This document shows positions 25,685-40,300 of a stretch of DNA of 64,000 nucleotides, piece by piece. The DNA comes from Rotaria socialis (lineage: Eukaryota). Below the pieces are notes generated by a model. The model worked only from the letters and a program-made list of their open reading frames with translations. It searched no databases and was not told the origin of the DNA. A program made the translations under genes and the position numbers. How positions within the stretch are numbered: the stretch's first letter is position 1; the number at the start of each line of letters is the position of its first letter. The stretch is from positions 186,001 through 250,000 of the forward strand of contig CAJNYD010000322.1 of assembly GCA_905331295.1 (NCBI GenBank). The letters run 5' to 3'.

Positions 25685-28169
25685 TTATTTAGTTAACATG
25701 TTCGTGGTTCGATGTTTGACTGTGTCTTTTTTCTTAGCTGTTTTTACTCTTGCTTTTCTGTTCGATAATAATTTCTGTAATTCACATTTGAACAGAACTA
25801 CATCGATTAAAGTTATGTCTTGTCCATGAGCAATATGTGGCAGATTTGCATCCGTCTCTAGAAGTCTATTTAGTTCAAGTAGAGCTTCCCCATGATATTC
25901 AGCTAATGGTTCACACCATTTTCCAAGATTATTTTTCTCACACCAATTGTGAATATCGCTGGGTGTCCATTTAGCTACTGGTTTATCCTTAAATTGTTCG
26001 CGAGTGTCTGATTGATTATTTGCTGTTGCTTCCAGTGGGGGTTCTGTTCGTATCTTTGGTGAGTTTTTTTGTTCATGAAAATCTTTTTTTAGATTTTCCA
26101 CCAACAGTTTTAATTCGTCTTGTCTATGAATTTTATAATAAAGAGTTTGAGCAATGTTGAATGCAACCCAATCATACGTGTCTATTTTAAAGCCTTCTTG
26201 AACTATAATAGGATAAACTTTAATGTTTTTTTTCAGAGCAAATTCCCATTCACGTCGACAAATATCTGATGAACAATATCCTTCGCTAAGAAGAACAAAA
26301 ACAGCTTTTGACTGACGAATAGCAGTGGTTATTGTGTCAACTATATTATCTCTCATGTCGTTTTCATCAACCCAAATATTTGTAAAAATTCCAGCTCTGT
26401 CTAAATCTTTGGCAAATGCAATCCGTTGACTTTTATCACGATGAGAATATGAAATGAATGCTTGTCGACTACCAGCATCACTGGATACTTAAAAAAGAAA
26501 AAAAAGACATTATTGTTGTTTTTTTTTAATATAACTTTTTTTTACTTGGTAACTCTTTTGATCGTTCTGGTGCAAGATTTCGACGAATTTCTTCGGTAAT
26601 TCGTTTCATTGTTGGATCATTATCAAATAAAGCATCAGCTGTAGTTTTTAAAAATCTATCGAATTTAAGATTTTCAATTAGTTTTTGTGTCAGTTTTGTT
26701 GATGAAGAAATTCTACGAAGAATTTTAAGTGCATTTAAATGACGCTGTTCTGCAAAAATAACAAGATTCGATATGTATGGAATTGTTTCCTCTTTAATAA
26801 CATCTTGAACAAGAAATCGAAGTAAATAACGAAGAAGCAATTCGAATGATATTCCTTTATATTGATAATTTTGTGAAATGACTGCTCGATCGATAAAATA
26901 AAATATTAATTTTACTATATCTTGAGCCATATTAGGCTTTTTCTGTTGTAAATTTTGAAAATCTTTAAAATTCATAATTCTTGATAATGTTGACACAGCC
27001 ATTAAACGAACACGATCATATTTTGCATCAATATAAGGAACCATGATTTGTGACGCGTGTAAATCGTGACTTAAAAGTTCATTAGAACGTAATAAACGAA
27101 GAACTTGATTTTTTTCATCGGAAGACGATGAATCATTACTAATTGTATAGTCACTATCATCAGTCAGATCTTCTGTTGTATCGCACCATTTATTAAGAAA
27201 TATAAGCGCGACATCAATTAATGAAGTAATATCATTCGAATCAGATTGTATCACTTTATTTCGAAGAGTCTCTGATCCTAATAATCTAATAACTATGAAA
27301 GAAAATAGTTCGAGATTGAATGGATTTGCTTCTTGTGCATCTTCATCATTGGGATTCGCCAGTGCTCTATTAATAATTGGAGTCCATTTATTAGTTGGAA
27401 CACAGTTCGTAAGTAAAGCAAGAATACCACGAAGACAATAAACAAATGATTTATTTTCTTCGAATTTTCTTGTACTTAACACAATTCGAACATATTTTGC
27501 GAGTAAGCATATATACTTTGTTTTATCATCATTTTGAAAAATTCTTTTATTTTCTTCAAATAATGCAATAGCAAATGTACAACAACCAACGAAAAATTGA
27601 TGACGGTAACTAATATTAAAATTTTTACCTGCATCATTATTTGATTTCATATCATAAAAATAGTTTTTGGCACAATCATGAGTAAGACATAAATTAAGTT
27701 CATTATTAAGGTCTCGTGGAGGTGGGTTAAGATCTTTAAAACATAATCGATAAGCAAGTGAACGCGCATCAAGCATACGTATAAGATAAATTAGCATTTC
27801 ATCTTGTTCAGTTTTATTATCATTTGATGGTTGTTTATCACGAATAAATATGACAGCTTGTTTTAAATCATTAATTTGTTTCGCTCGAAATAAACATTTA
27901 CGAAATAATTCTATGATAGTTTCATTATCTACTGTCGATTGTGACTCGAAAAAATAATATTCAACAAAATTTAATTGAAGTTTTGAATATAAATTAATAA
28001 CATTGATTTCTTCATTCGATAATCTACTATTTGATATCCATTTTTTAATAATATCAGTAATTTTTGAATCAAAACTATCTAATTTATTACCAATAGTTAA
28101 ATAATCTTTTGATCTGTCAAGTTCTTCTAATTGGGATAATAATGAATTAATATCATTTGTATGTGTCAT
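25685..28169 (-). CDS. Helical (ARM-like) N-terminus, TIR and SAM domain protein; one intron at about 26488-26545
   Basis: After splicing: AFISYSHRD...IWVDENDMRDNIVDTITTAIRQSKAVFVLLSEGYCSSDICRREWEFA (TIR with conserved Glu), then KPVAKWTPSDIHNWCEKNNL...GEALLEL (SAM-like). Confidence 0.88.
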
Positions 28170-28794
28170 CGTAATCTAGAAAAAGAAATATGTATAAATG
28201 AAAATCGATGGTTATCTCATCGTTAGAAACAATCGTCTGATTGTGATGTTGAAAAAAACTCTGTAACAAAATACAAACGTAACTAAGAAACTGTTGCCTT
28301 TTCTTCTTGTTCTTCCTTTCTTGGCTGTTTGATTATTTGCAGAAGAATGGGATGAAAAAGAAAACGAATTTGGAAGCCTTTCAATGGTAAAATACAACGA
28401 AGAGAAAATATAAATTGCCTAGTGTATATCACATGCTAGCCTCTAGAAATATAAACGTTGTCACTAGACAAAGTCGACTTTCCTTTGGTGAAAGTTTTTT
28501 TTTTTTCATTTTTATTTTCAGCATGCAAATTTAGTTTGAATATAAAACAAATATATCACATAAAATTCTTCATTCTTTTACTGAAAAAGAATAACCTTGT
28601 TCAATGAATCCATAGAATTGAAATCGATTAATTTTTATCTTCTGTGTACCATTACCTTGTTTCAGCATACTATTTTATCATCATATAAATGACCAATTTT
28701 TTCAAGATATTTTCTACTCGAATAATATAGTTTTATTTTTATCATTAGCATTATGATTTATCTTATTCAATGCAAAATTAAGATAATCAGAGAG

Positions 28795-28826
<32 letters not shown>

Positions 28827-28898
28827 CACTATTATTTATGATTAAAAGACATAAAATAAAAAATAAAAATGAATCGTCTTGTTTTTCTTAGGTTCCAT

Positions 28899-30912
28899 CT
28901 ATAATAATCGGTGATTTTCTAGTGAACGACCGTTACCGTCGAGATCAAATTGCGATTGATCAATTGTTCTATGCAACGTAGAATTCATATCTATAGCTAA
29001 AAATAAACCAATAGAAGAAGTATTATTTAAAATACATAAACAAAATGTACTTTCAGTATTTGTATCAAGTTCAAATGTTGAATTATGTAATCTTGTATAC
29101 TCATAACCATCATCGCTATTTCGAGTATTTGAATCATATTTATTGTTTGACATGAAATACAAACATAGAGAAAAACTAATTACAATGAAAATGATCACAA
29201 CAAGAAATAAAGCTGCATATGCAGGTTGTTGATTAAATCGATGTGAGAATGCATCTGATGAAATAAAATTCGTAGCCTGAAATATTCAAATTAACAAAAG
29301 ATAGTCACATTCAGAGAAATTACCGACGACATCAGTGGAGCTTTGGTTACAATTGTTTTATCACGACATTTTGTTTGTAAATTAATTAAATGATACCAAG
29401 CCAGTTCAGGAACTCTTGATTTTATTTTCAAATTTTCAAAAGTCAAATTCATTTTGGAATACAATTTGTTATTTTTATTACCTTGTTAAAAACGAAGCGT
29501 TTCCACCACATTTATTGTCAAATTCACGTAAAGTACTGTCGAATACTAGACATTCGTATGTACAACCTCCAGAACGACTAGAAATTATGTGATAACATGT
29601 CTATAAATATGCAAATGAAAAATCTTGATGTAATTAATGAATCATTAGTACCTCAATTTGTGACCAGAATGCATAAAGAATATGAAGAAGATACACAAGC
29701 CGATCAGTACATTCGGCTGAACTCCAAACTTGTTGTTCCTTATAAAGTGTACATAGCATTGGCAATAATGCTATTGTCGGTCGGCTTATATTCTATGTTG
29801 AAAGTATAAAAAATGATTCTAAAATCTCTTTGATTATTATTATTATTATTATATACATACCGCAGGTGTAATTGATGGACATGTCGTTACATGCACATGA
29901 AGTCGATGATGACACATCTCTAGTGCACAGAAGGAATACCCTAGCTGTCGAAAAACATCGACAGTAAAACGAATATTATATTTTGTTAAATTTCCCAAAC
30001 ACCATTGAGATTTTGAACAAAATGCATTTAATTTTTGTACAATTATTCGATCAATAAGAGAATCATAAATATGTTGTAACGATTGAAATCTAATATTTGA
30101 TTCACGTACTAATGAATGGGTATGATTATCAAATGAATATGTTTCACACATATAACTAAGTTTCATATTTGAATTGCATTGTTTTATTCGAGAAAGAATA
30201 TCAATATTACGATAACGATTGAATTGGTCAACAAGATCATGAACCAATACATAAGATGATATATTCACCGATAGATTTTCACTCTTTGTAGATTTTGATG
30301 AGAATGATAATGAAATGGATCGATTTCCAGAAGGAACTTTATTGGTATTATTTTTTATCTTAGTCAATGATGTGTTGTATCTAGCCGATAAAGCTGATAG
30401 TATAGATGACAGAGATGTAAGTCTATTAGATGAATTCAACATTTTTGTTGATAAATTGCTTGGTAATGTTGTATTTATAGTAGAAGTAACGTCATCGATG
30501 TAATCTTCTAAACAAATAAAAATTGAAAATAAAAAACAAAAGAGAAATCCTTTCTTTTTGAATTTGGAAAGGTCATATATACAATTCTTTCGAGATCATG
30601 TGTCTAAAAAATTGTTCTAGTTAATTGTCTGAATATAATAAATGAAACTTGCATGAAATCGATGTTTATGTTTCTCTTTTTTTTTTGAAACTATGTATTG
30701 TCAAATAGTTTATTTCTATATGATCTATGTTAGAATTGCTTCATACTTCATTTATCAGTATGTTCTTCCGATCTTTATTAAATCAATCATTATAGTATTG
30801 ATTACGTACCGGCATATTCATCAAGAGATTGTGTCTGAGCACAAACTACCAAAGTGAACACTACGACGAATGATACCAGAATTCTAGTCGAAAAATATTT
30901 TTTTACAATCAT
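28899..30912 (-). CDS. Type I single-pass membrane protein with Ser/Thr-rich and Cys-rich ectodomain, multi-exon
   Basis: Signal exon 30810-30912 (MIVKKYFSTRILVSFVVVFTLVVCA); in-frame exons with multiple Cys; TM YAALFLVVIIFIVISFSLCLYF; tail with YEYTRL. Confidence 0.75.
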
Positions 30913-31685
30913 GATTTTTACAGCAGTACGTCTTTAAGAATAGATGTAAATGAAAAGAAATATGACATTGAAGATGCTCTATTAACTATTGTTTGTTTTT
31001 TATGTGCAATATATTGCACCAGCTGTTTTAATACACAAAAGACAAACGAGTTTGATTCCAGCAATCATCATTTCTTGTTCGTTTTTCTGTCTTTAATCGT
31101 TTGATGATTCAAGTTTGCCATGAAACATTTTCTACACGCTTCTCTCATCAAGAAAAATACATTCGTTTCGAGTATGAAACATATCCTTTTCTTTTGTATT
31201 TTTTCTTCAATCGTACCGCATTGTTTGTTCGTGTCGTTTACACCGTTAAAAACCGAACAAGCGATCATATAAAAGATGCACTTGACTTAAAACTGAATTT
31301 TGATCTTTGAATAATGTGAACATTATGTAAGGTGTGAATGAATAGACAGAACAAGAGAAGGAAACGAACGACACTTCTCATATTCAATTAGAAAAACACA
31401 AAGCAGCAGAAGGCAAAATAGTAATAAAAAGTTATAATAAGTTGATCGAAAGAATAACAACAATGATAGCATTATACATGCGATAGATCATTATTCATGC
31501 TAAGTGAATTTTACTAGATAGACATTCATTGTCACATTTACATGCAGATGTTTTTTTCCAGGTGCCTCATGCTACTACAACATTAAGACATCGTGCTGAT
31601 AATGGTGTGTGATTTTTTAATTCACTCAAAAAAAAAGAAAGAAATTGTATACAACAGAACAATAGAATTGTTTTTTTCTTTAGTT

Positions 31686-34001
31686 TCAATAGGGTAATGA
31701 TGGGGAAATGGCAGAAGATGCTGTGTGCATTGATGATAGTCCTCCTGTCCCAGTTGATGTAAGTGTTGATGATGTTGTACTTGTTGCTGGACTAACCCAA
31801 TAAGACGATGATAAATATGGATTAGGTGTAGCAAAATTAGCTGTATAATCATATGTACTTGGATGATTCCAATAGTTTGTGTAAGCTGTTGAAGCTACGG
31901 CTGCTCCTGGATGATGATGATGATGGTGATGTGGCATGTGAACAGCGGAGGATGTTGCTGCGGCTGAACTTAATGCACTCCATTTAAAATATGCCGCATG
32001 AGCATGTGATGAACGCATCATTTCTTGTTGATATTTTGCATAAGGTGATTCTGGTAATTGTGGTTGATTTAATTGATGTAAACCATTGAAATCAAATTTA
32101 TATGCATACCGTTTACCGTGAACTTTTGTCATAATATTTTTATCATAATAATAGCGCAAGGCACGTGATAATTTGTCATAGTTCATATTCGGTTTAGATT
32201 TTCGTTCACCCCAACGGCGTGCAACTTCATCAGGATCAATTAATTTAAATTCGCCATTGGAACCTTCCCAAGCAATAATATTTGCATTTGCACTAGCATC
32301 AGCTAAAAGCTCAAGTAAAAATTGCCACAATTGTATCTGGCCTGTGCCTAAAACAATAGAAACTATATTTAAATATTATTTATGAGAATTATTTACCAGA
32401 AGCTCCCCCGCCAAATCTATGGGCATTGTGAGGAAAAAATGATTGACTTGTAAAAGTAGAATAAGGATCTGAAAAATAATCAAGATTTTATTTTTTGTTT
32501 TGTTCTTGGTAAATAATTTCAAATGTTACCTCTTAATCCTTGTGATGATTCAGATTTAACTAACGAAGGCCAAGAAGACGATTGCTGATGTTGATGACCA
32601 TTATTTGAATTGCAATCGTTTCCTCCATTGCCACGGCCTGATCCATTATCATAATCATTTTTTATTCTTGAGTCAGTCCCAGCGTTGTTAGATGAATTGG
32701 ACGATGATGTAGATGAGGGAGTCGTTGTTGTATGATAGCCAACTAAGAAAAAAAGGACAATTATATGAACATGATGTACTAGTACTCTAACAATCAAGTT
32801 TCTGATTGTCCATCGATTTGATTTAAGAAAAGAGAAAGAAAAAGAAATCATTTTATTTGATTATTGTTGACTTTCCACAATAAAGTTAGTCGGGGAAACA
32901 AACGATTCATAATTAAGAACCAAAAAAAGAGCGGCATTTTACTCTTTCTTCTGCCACCCGCTGCTTCATTTTAATCATACACAAAAATAAAACGAAATGA
33001 GCAGAAGAGAATGGTCAACTTACAATATAATGAAAACAAGTGTTTTGCTAGATATCTATGAACAGATGATAATTGATTATCAAGAATCATGAGCAGTGCG
33101 ACTTTTTTATTTTTTATTTTTAAATTTTCAAATTTCTCCAATATTTTCAAGACAATTTCTCTTTGTCTCAAATGCATCGAATTTCAATTCAATAAATACT
33201 GAGGTGTGATTGTATAAGACTGAAAAATAATCTCAAAAACACAAAAAAAAGGATGTGTTATTTTTATCGACAGCTTGTTTTGCTTACTTTTTTTTCACTT
33301 AAATACATTCGGTAGCAGTAAGCACTTATATGTGAGTAAGAGAAAGTTTGCTTTGTTTTCATTTCTATCTATCTAATTATTTGCGCAAATCTTTCAAGAG
33401 CTCCCTAATCTTATATCGACACTTGAGCTAAGCTAAATAGTTAAGACAAATAAACTTTTCTCAAATGTTATCCTTTTCTTTATCGTGCTTTTCAATAAAG
33501 AAAAAACTTACTGCTATTGGAAACATTCGATGTTGTACCGCCGATGCCTATAGGTATCCATGCATGCTTTGATGGTTCTAAATAACATATACAATATAAT
33601 GATATTTAAAATGTTTTAGAAACTAACATGAAAGTGAACACAAATATTTTCTACATCGTTTTTATAGTCTCCATTTCTTTGAGGGGATTTTCTATGCTTT
33701 TTTCTTCTCTTTTCTTTTTCGTTTTTTCTCTATAAGCGGATGTGCTCAACTTGTTGTATCATCGTTTCCTTCTTTTTTTTCAAAAGCGGCTCGAAAAATA
33801 TCTATCAACGATATTAGTTGTAATAACTAGAACGAAGTGAATAGTAGTGGCAATGCCATCATTGTCGTTTCCTTCTTCTTTTTTTTTTCAAAACGGAAAA
33901 ACTTCGATTCCTGTTCGTGAGCACAAACGCATAGACCGAGTTGAAGGCAGACGGAAATCTTGGCTTCCTTACGCAGAGCAGAGTCGCTTACCAGTGAGCA
34001 T
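31686..34001 (-). CDS. ETS transcription factor, ERG/FLI1/FEV subfamily
   Basis: [13 protein letters not shown]...[50 protein letters not shown]; exons join in frame from ATG at 34001 (MLT/E) through ~33512-33577, ~32529-32742, ~32397-32469 and the terminal exon. Confidence 0.92.
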
Positions 34002-34305
34002 GATGTGTAGATGTTGTTACGTGGTATGTGTATATGCGGTTGAGGAACGGACGAGAAAAGAGGACGCCTTTAAGTCCCGGACTTCCTTGAAATTGTGTCG
34101 ACGACCGACGTAGAAAAGAACTTTTACGGAAATGCAATGCCCGATTAAGAGAGATTGAATCTCCGTTGCCGTCGCCGCTATATTTCTTCGTGTAGGTTGA
34201 CGACAATGCACAAGTAGCAATGACGAATGAGGAGCAGAAGGAAGCAGGAACTGAGGCCTTTCCGTCTCTCTTTCTCTCTGTCGCTCTCTCTCTCTCTCTC
34301 TCTCC

Positions 34306-34313
34306 CTTTTATA
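34306..34313 (-). promoter_or_regulatory. TATA box of the ETS gene
   Basis: TATAAAAG on the minus strand followed by a (GA)n tract, about 300 bp upstream of the ATG. Confidence 0.55.
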
Positions 34314-37300
34314 TGAGAAAAAAATCATGACATGCATGTGTATGCTTCTGCATGCCCGCACGTCCAATGAAATTTTTTAACCAATCATAATAGTTGTTCT
34401 TCATTGAGATGAGCCTATCTACGCGTTTGTGTGCAGATGGAATGTCTGCTCGTTCTTTTTCTCGTTGAATACTAACATAATATAGAAAGAAAAGAAGGAT
34501 TGGGTGGGCGTAACTTTATTTGATATGACGAACCAATGTTTTATAGAAGTTTTTATTTTTCGGAGCCTCAATATATTCTTTTGCCCTTTTTTTTCTATCA
34601 AAATATTAAAAATTTTCTTTTCAAAAACAAAAAACTTTTATGAATTAATGAAAAAAATGAAATTCGGATTTCATAAAAAGCATGACAATACTGTTACTCA
34701 TTAATTTTGAGCGGCAACGGAAACAGGCGTCTCTATCTCTGTTTTCTTCATTTGATTTTTTTTCATGCATTGCTTCAATCAATGTCTCTATCTCTCTTTT
34801 TCGCTGAACAAAGTTCAAGCATCAGTATTTATTTCCTGTATAATGACTAAATGACTAGGTTTTTTCTAGATTATTCATGTCAGACTCGTTTTTTCTCTAT
34901 TGCATTTTTTTTCTTTTCTTCGGTTACTCTCTCTCCTCTGGCATGTCTTTCTCTGTGTGCATGTGTTTGGAAACATTAGCGAAGTCTATGCTCATGCGCA
35001 CACCCTGGTACGCACAGAAAATTGACTTCCGGCACTGACTAACGCCAACGTTGTGCAGCCCATTAGAGTTTTTTCATGACAACAAAAGAATAGTATTTCT
35101 TTTATCCAATGTATACGTCGTAATGCGATTGGAAAGGTAACATATTCATGAGGTGATATAAGAGTTTGAAGAAGAAGAAGAAGAAGAAAAAAAATCTATC
35201 TAGAAGATTTAATGTAGATGCGTGTTGGACTACGAAGGAAAAGCAAACTAATGTAAATTAGCATACTCACCAAGAAGAATAACTACGTAGGTGGAAGAGT
35301 GATGTTTCCAAACTGCATACGAAATGAGAGACATTTCCGGTGTCACTCAAGCAGTTTTTTGCCTACGCGTTGAATGTCAATAAGATGTTGTCGTTTTTCT
35401 GATTTATTGGTGTCACGATGAAAATTTAAATTTAAAATTCTAGTACTTTTTCAAGTATTCGGAAAAGAAAAAAATCATTGGCAGTTCAAACTGAACAAAA
35501 TTTCAGAAGCAATATCTAAATTAAGATTTTATTCATATTAAAAAATAAAAGAATAGTTCAAAAATAAAAGCAACGAGATGATATTGCCATTTTCAATTGA
35601 ATCCAAATATAATAAACTAAAGAGTATAGATTGTATACACCATTGGTTTTTCGTTTTACATTTCAAAAATTGTAATTTTTCTGGCCAAAGTCAAGATTCA
35701 ACACGATACAGTATGTAATTGAGTTAACAAATAAAATTGGCTCATAGCTATCTATAGAAATTTAATTTAAAACTTAATCATTCTCAACAAAATTCTTTTG
35801 TATTGATTTAATTGACTATCACTCTTTTTCTTTCCCACCTATTGACATGAACATACATTTATATACGTATATTTATCGTCCAATCGCAATATGTACATAA
35901 ACATATATATATATATATATATATATATGAGCTAATCGTCTTTCGTTTTTTCAATTGCATAATCTAACATTGTTATCGATCATTATTATCGATATCATGT
36001 CAAAACGAGACCTGCCCCTGTCTATCAAATATTGGCCTCGTGTACACGCGATGATGCAGGTGATTTTCTTTCGACTGCGTGAGTAAGTGGCAGCGTCTAA
36101 TTAGGTTGACTGTCGCTCTATAATAATAATAATGACGCTGATGATGATTTTCTTCTTGATAAGAAGACGTTTGATCTCTGTAAAAAAATAATGGGACTTT
36201 GTTCTTTGTTGTTTCGTATAAAGAAAAAAGAAGAAAATGGAGGAAATACCTCAACAATCAAGTGTAAATAATGCTCTATTAAAAAATCCGCTTCACTGAC
36301 TAAGGAGAAAGCAATGATGAAGGCACGTGCTTTAGTTTTATAGACAAAGGTGTGTATAAGAGCGGCAAATAATAGCAAATTGCTCTTACATCACGGCTGA
36401 TTGACAGAGTACGACAACAATATTGTTCGTTGATGAACAACACGCGCTAATCGCTCAATCGATTGCTACAAGGTCAACTGCACACAACAGGCGGTTGTTC
36501 TTCTCATAGAACATGAACACGCAGTTCAATCTTTTTATTCCTTTTAGGTATTTATCGACTGATGAGCTTGATGAACAAGAGATTCGATTAAGATGTACCA
36601 CATTGAGGCACGTGCATAGATTCGTTTGATGAACTCACATAACAACAATGAGCAGATGCCGTCGCCACTACATCCGAACGGAAATCGAATATGAGAGAAC
36701 TGCACTATATTGTACTTGTCGCATCAAGTTAAAAAGGCAGTTCGTGATAAGTCACTTGATGTTTGTCCATCGTCATCATGATATATTGTCTGTCATCCTA
36801 GTTAAACTATTATCATTACTTTCAATGCCATATAGTTTTGTCGCATCTGCACATTTTTATAAATATTTTTTTATTCACTTTCCTTGCATTCATTACAGTC
36901 TCCACTTGACCTAATCTATTAATAACATTGAATAAAAAAAAGAAAAATAAGTGAGTCTATCATAGGCGTCGTTGATGTCAACAAGGTATGAGATTTCTAC
37001 TAGGCACAAAAAAGAAAACGTAATGACATATGTTCATGGTAGATTTGCTTGTTGTTTTAACTGATCGTCGACTTATCGTCGAATAATGGATAAAATAGCC
37101 TTCAGCGAAGAGAAGGTGGAACATATATGATCTTGTTGATTCCGTCGAGTGATTAATAGATGATGATGTTGCTTTAGTCAGACTACCATCGTATTCCATG
37201 ATTTGTTTAGCGCAGTAAACCGAAAAGAAACGAGATAGGGAGATAGAGAGAGGGGGGGGGAGGAAAGGAAAGGATAAACTCCGCCTTTTTACTTGTGTCT

Positions 37301-40300
37301 GATGGAACATCGAATAAATAAGAGCAATGGCACGGAATATCTTATCATCTGCTTATTGTCAGAAAAACGGCAGGAGGGACGCGCATCATGAAGCTTATCA
37401 AGAAGAAAATGAAGCAAAGTAAATCAATCGAGAAAGCGAGAGCTAATCTTGTTTCTGATACGTCTATGTGACAATACTCAAGAGACACAAATAGCAAAAG
37501 TGTCAATTGGAAATAAAATTACTTTTCTTACTCACTGAAATCGTCTTTTCGTATTCATGCATAGGAATAAAATAAAGTCTAAATTAAAAGTCGAATTCTT
37601 AATATATTATGTTGATACATCTGCCGAATTTAATCGAAGAAAGCTAATTATTTCAAGTAAATCACAGTGTTCTTTAGTTGATGTATTTAACTATTCATTT
37701 GATTGTTCAAGTTTTAAATGACATCCTCTTATTTTTGTATCGAATGAAAATCAACTGTTGATGTGTGATGAAAACGTAAAGTAGAAAATATTTTTGAAAA
37801 AATCAATTTGTCATGAATTTAATAATGAAGTTGAAATTGAGTGTGATCTATTATGTTAAGTGAAAACTATAGGAGAAGCTATTTTTTTTTATAGAAAAAC
37901 CAGTTAATTTAAAAAATATATTTCACCCTTATTAGTAACTAATTGTTTATAGAATTCATTCACAGATGGGCAAATATTTTGAGAAAAAAAAATGTTTTCT
38001 ATATCTTCCATAGCTTTTTATTTCAATTTAACTAAGTTTTGCATAGAATGCTAAATTTTAGTTTGTTATTTGTGTAAATATATACATTCTAACATCGTAG
38101 TGCATAAATTATTCGCTATGTTTTCATATCATTTTTTTTAAAATCAATCCGATATAAGGACTTTTGTTTCTATTTTTTCAATAAAAAAGAATGTATGAAT
38201 ATCGAATATATTCGTGTTTTGTATGAAAAAGGATTGAGTTTGATTTCGAAGAGGCAATAGAAATAAACCATGTGCACCGCCAAGATCAAACATGAATTTA
38301 TATATATATATATATATGTGTGTGTAATCAGTCAACTGAGAATTTTTTGTGTCATTTTACTGAATCAACAACACGTCTGCTATCTTACTCTATCTTTTTG
38401 CTTGTCTTGAGTCGTCTTTCCGTAATGTGTGAAAATATATTAAACCACAGAAAGACGTCTTCTTTCGCTGTCTTTCACCCAATCGTGTTGATCGTCTTAT
38501 AACAAGATTGATTTTTGTAGGATGACGACGACGGCGACGACGCCAGCTAGCTGGTCGATCGATCCATCATAAGCAATAAATGTACATTGACATTGACGTG
38601 CTACTACCGGTGTTGGCACACAAATGAATACAGACACATAGAATGGAAAATGCTATTATTTAGAGAGTAAATAAATGACCATAGTCAATGAAGAGAATGC
38701 ATTAAATGCAACAAGTATTTTATGTAATCAAAGCAGGTGAAATGAGCATGATTCTGAACGCGTTAAACCGGAATTGAGCCGACCATGAATTAATACTTAA
38801 ATTGATTAACTAATCGCACATTGCTACATGATTAGTTGCAATGAGTGAAATGAATGAATTTAATTTTAATTAAAACAGAAAACAATTGAAAATCTATTTA
38901 ATCTTAAGTTTTCATTCATACTATTGATAATCTTTTGAAGAACTAAATATCATTTTACTAGCCCAGAATTACAAATAAGTGACTACAATGCATCTTGTCT
39001 GATCTTTTTAACAAAAAGGCTATAGGAAATGTGCCAAAAATAAAACATCGTTATATAACATTAATAATTTATATATTCATAATTACAAGATTTCAAGGAA
39101 ACTGATAATTATTGTACTGTAATTTGTATCAAATTTATTTATTTATTTTTTCAAATTGAAATATTAAATTAATATATCGTAATTTTTTTACCATGATGAA
39201 GATTTCCTGAATGAAAGCTAAATATTTAGTTGATGATTACCTTATACTGAATTTTCTTGAGTACTCAAATTTTTAATTACAAACTTAAGTATTATTTATA
39301 AAAATCAATTTTGGATATTCATGAAATCACTATTTAATTAATGCATAAGAATAATTCAATTGTCTCTAGAATATACAATCGACTTTCTACTAATGTAGAC
39401 AACTAAAATGTAAACCTTCAACATGTTTGAAGCAAATTAATATGATATTTGTTTTATAGAGCCTCTAAATATTAAAGATTCATTCTTCCCAGTTGTTTCT
39501 CATGTCGTTTATTACGCTAAAACTATATATTTTTGACGAATGATATGTAGAGATCTTCATAATAGCTAACATCAATTTTTGTTGGAATGCATAAATACCA
39601 ATTAGATTTCATTTCAACATAGAGGCAGTAATCTTTAATCCGCATCCTACTTTTTTTAAAATCGTAATTGAAATAAATAATTCATAAAGATCTTGATTAT
39701 AAGTGCTAAATTTAGTCGAAATTTGAAAGAATAAGATTTCATCTCTTTTTGAAAAAATTAATATTAACTGTTTGATATAAAGAATAATGAATAGTTTCAA
39801 TCATTGTTGAAAAATCGATCGACATTATTTCAAAATATTTTTGAAATAATTATATTTGAAAAAGAAATATTTATGCAACTAAGTAGTTCTATATTTTATA
39901 TTGATGAATAATCTATTATCTGATTGGTTCACAAGTAACTTGAAGATCTCGACAAAATTCGTATAGCATGACTCTAACAGTCTGTTGATCAGTGGTTCTT
40001 TTTTTTTTATAGAATTTTGTTGGATTCATCTATATAATTGGCCTATATCTATAAAGTTCATAGTGGAAAAAGTCAATCAATGAAACATACAATATAGACA
40101 ATTAAATAGAATGAATAGATTATGATTCACAAAACGAATTCTTTCTCATTGAACAGAGAAAAACCGAGATTCTCGTACATCAGAGTAGAACTGAAATAGG
40201 ATGACTACGTTTATTTCGCTGCAATTTAGTTTTAATCCAGAGGATCGGATTCTGTGTTTTTTCTTCTTTTTGTTTATTTTAAATTCAGGAGATTAACATA

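Noticed and set aside
36000..37310. Short ORFs upstream of the ETS gene as extra exons or genes
   Set aside because: No convincing splice phase or domain similarity
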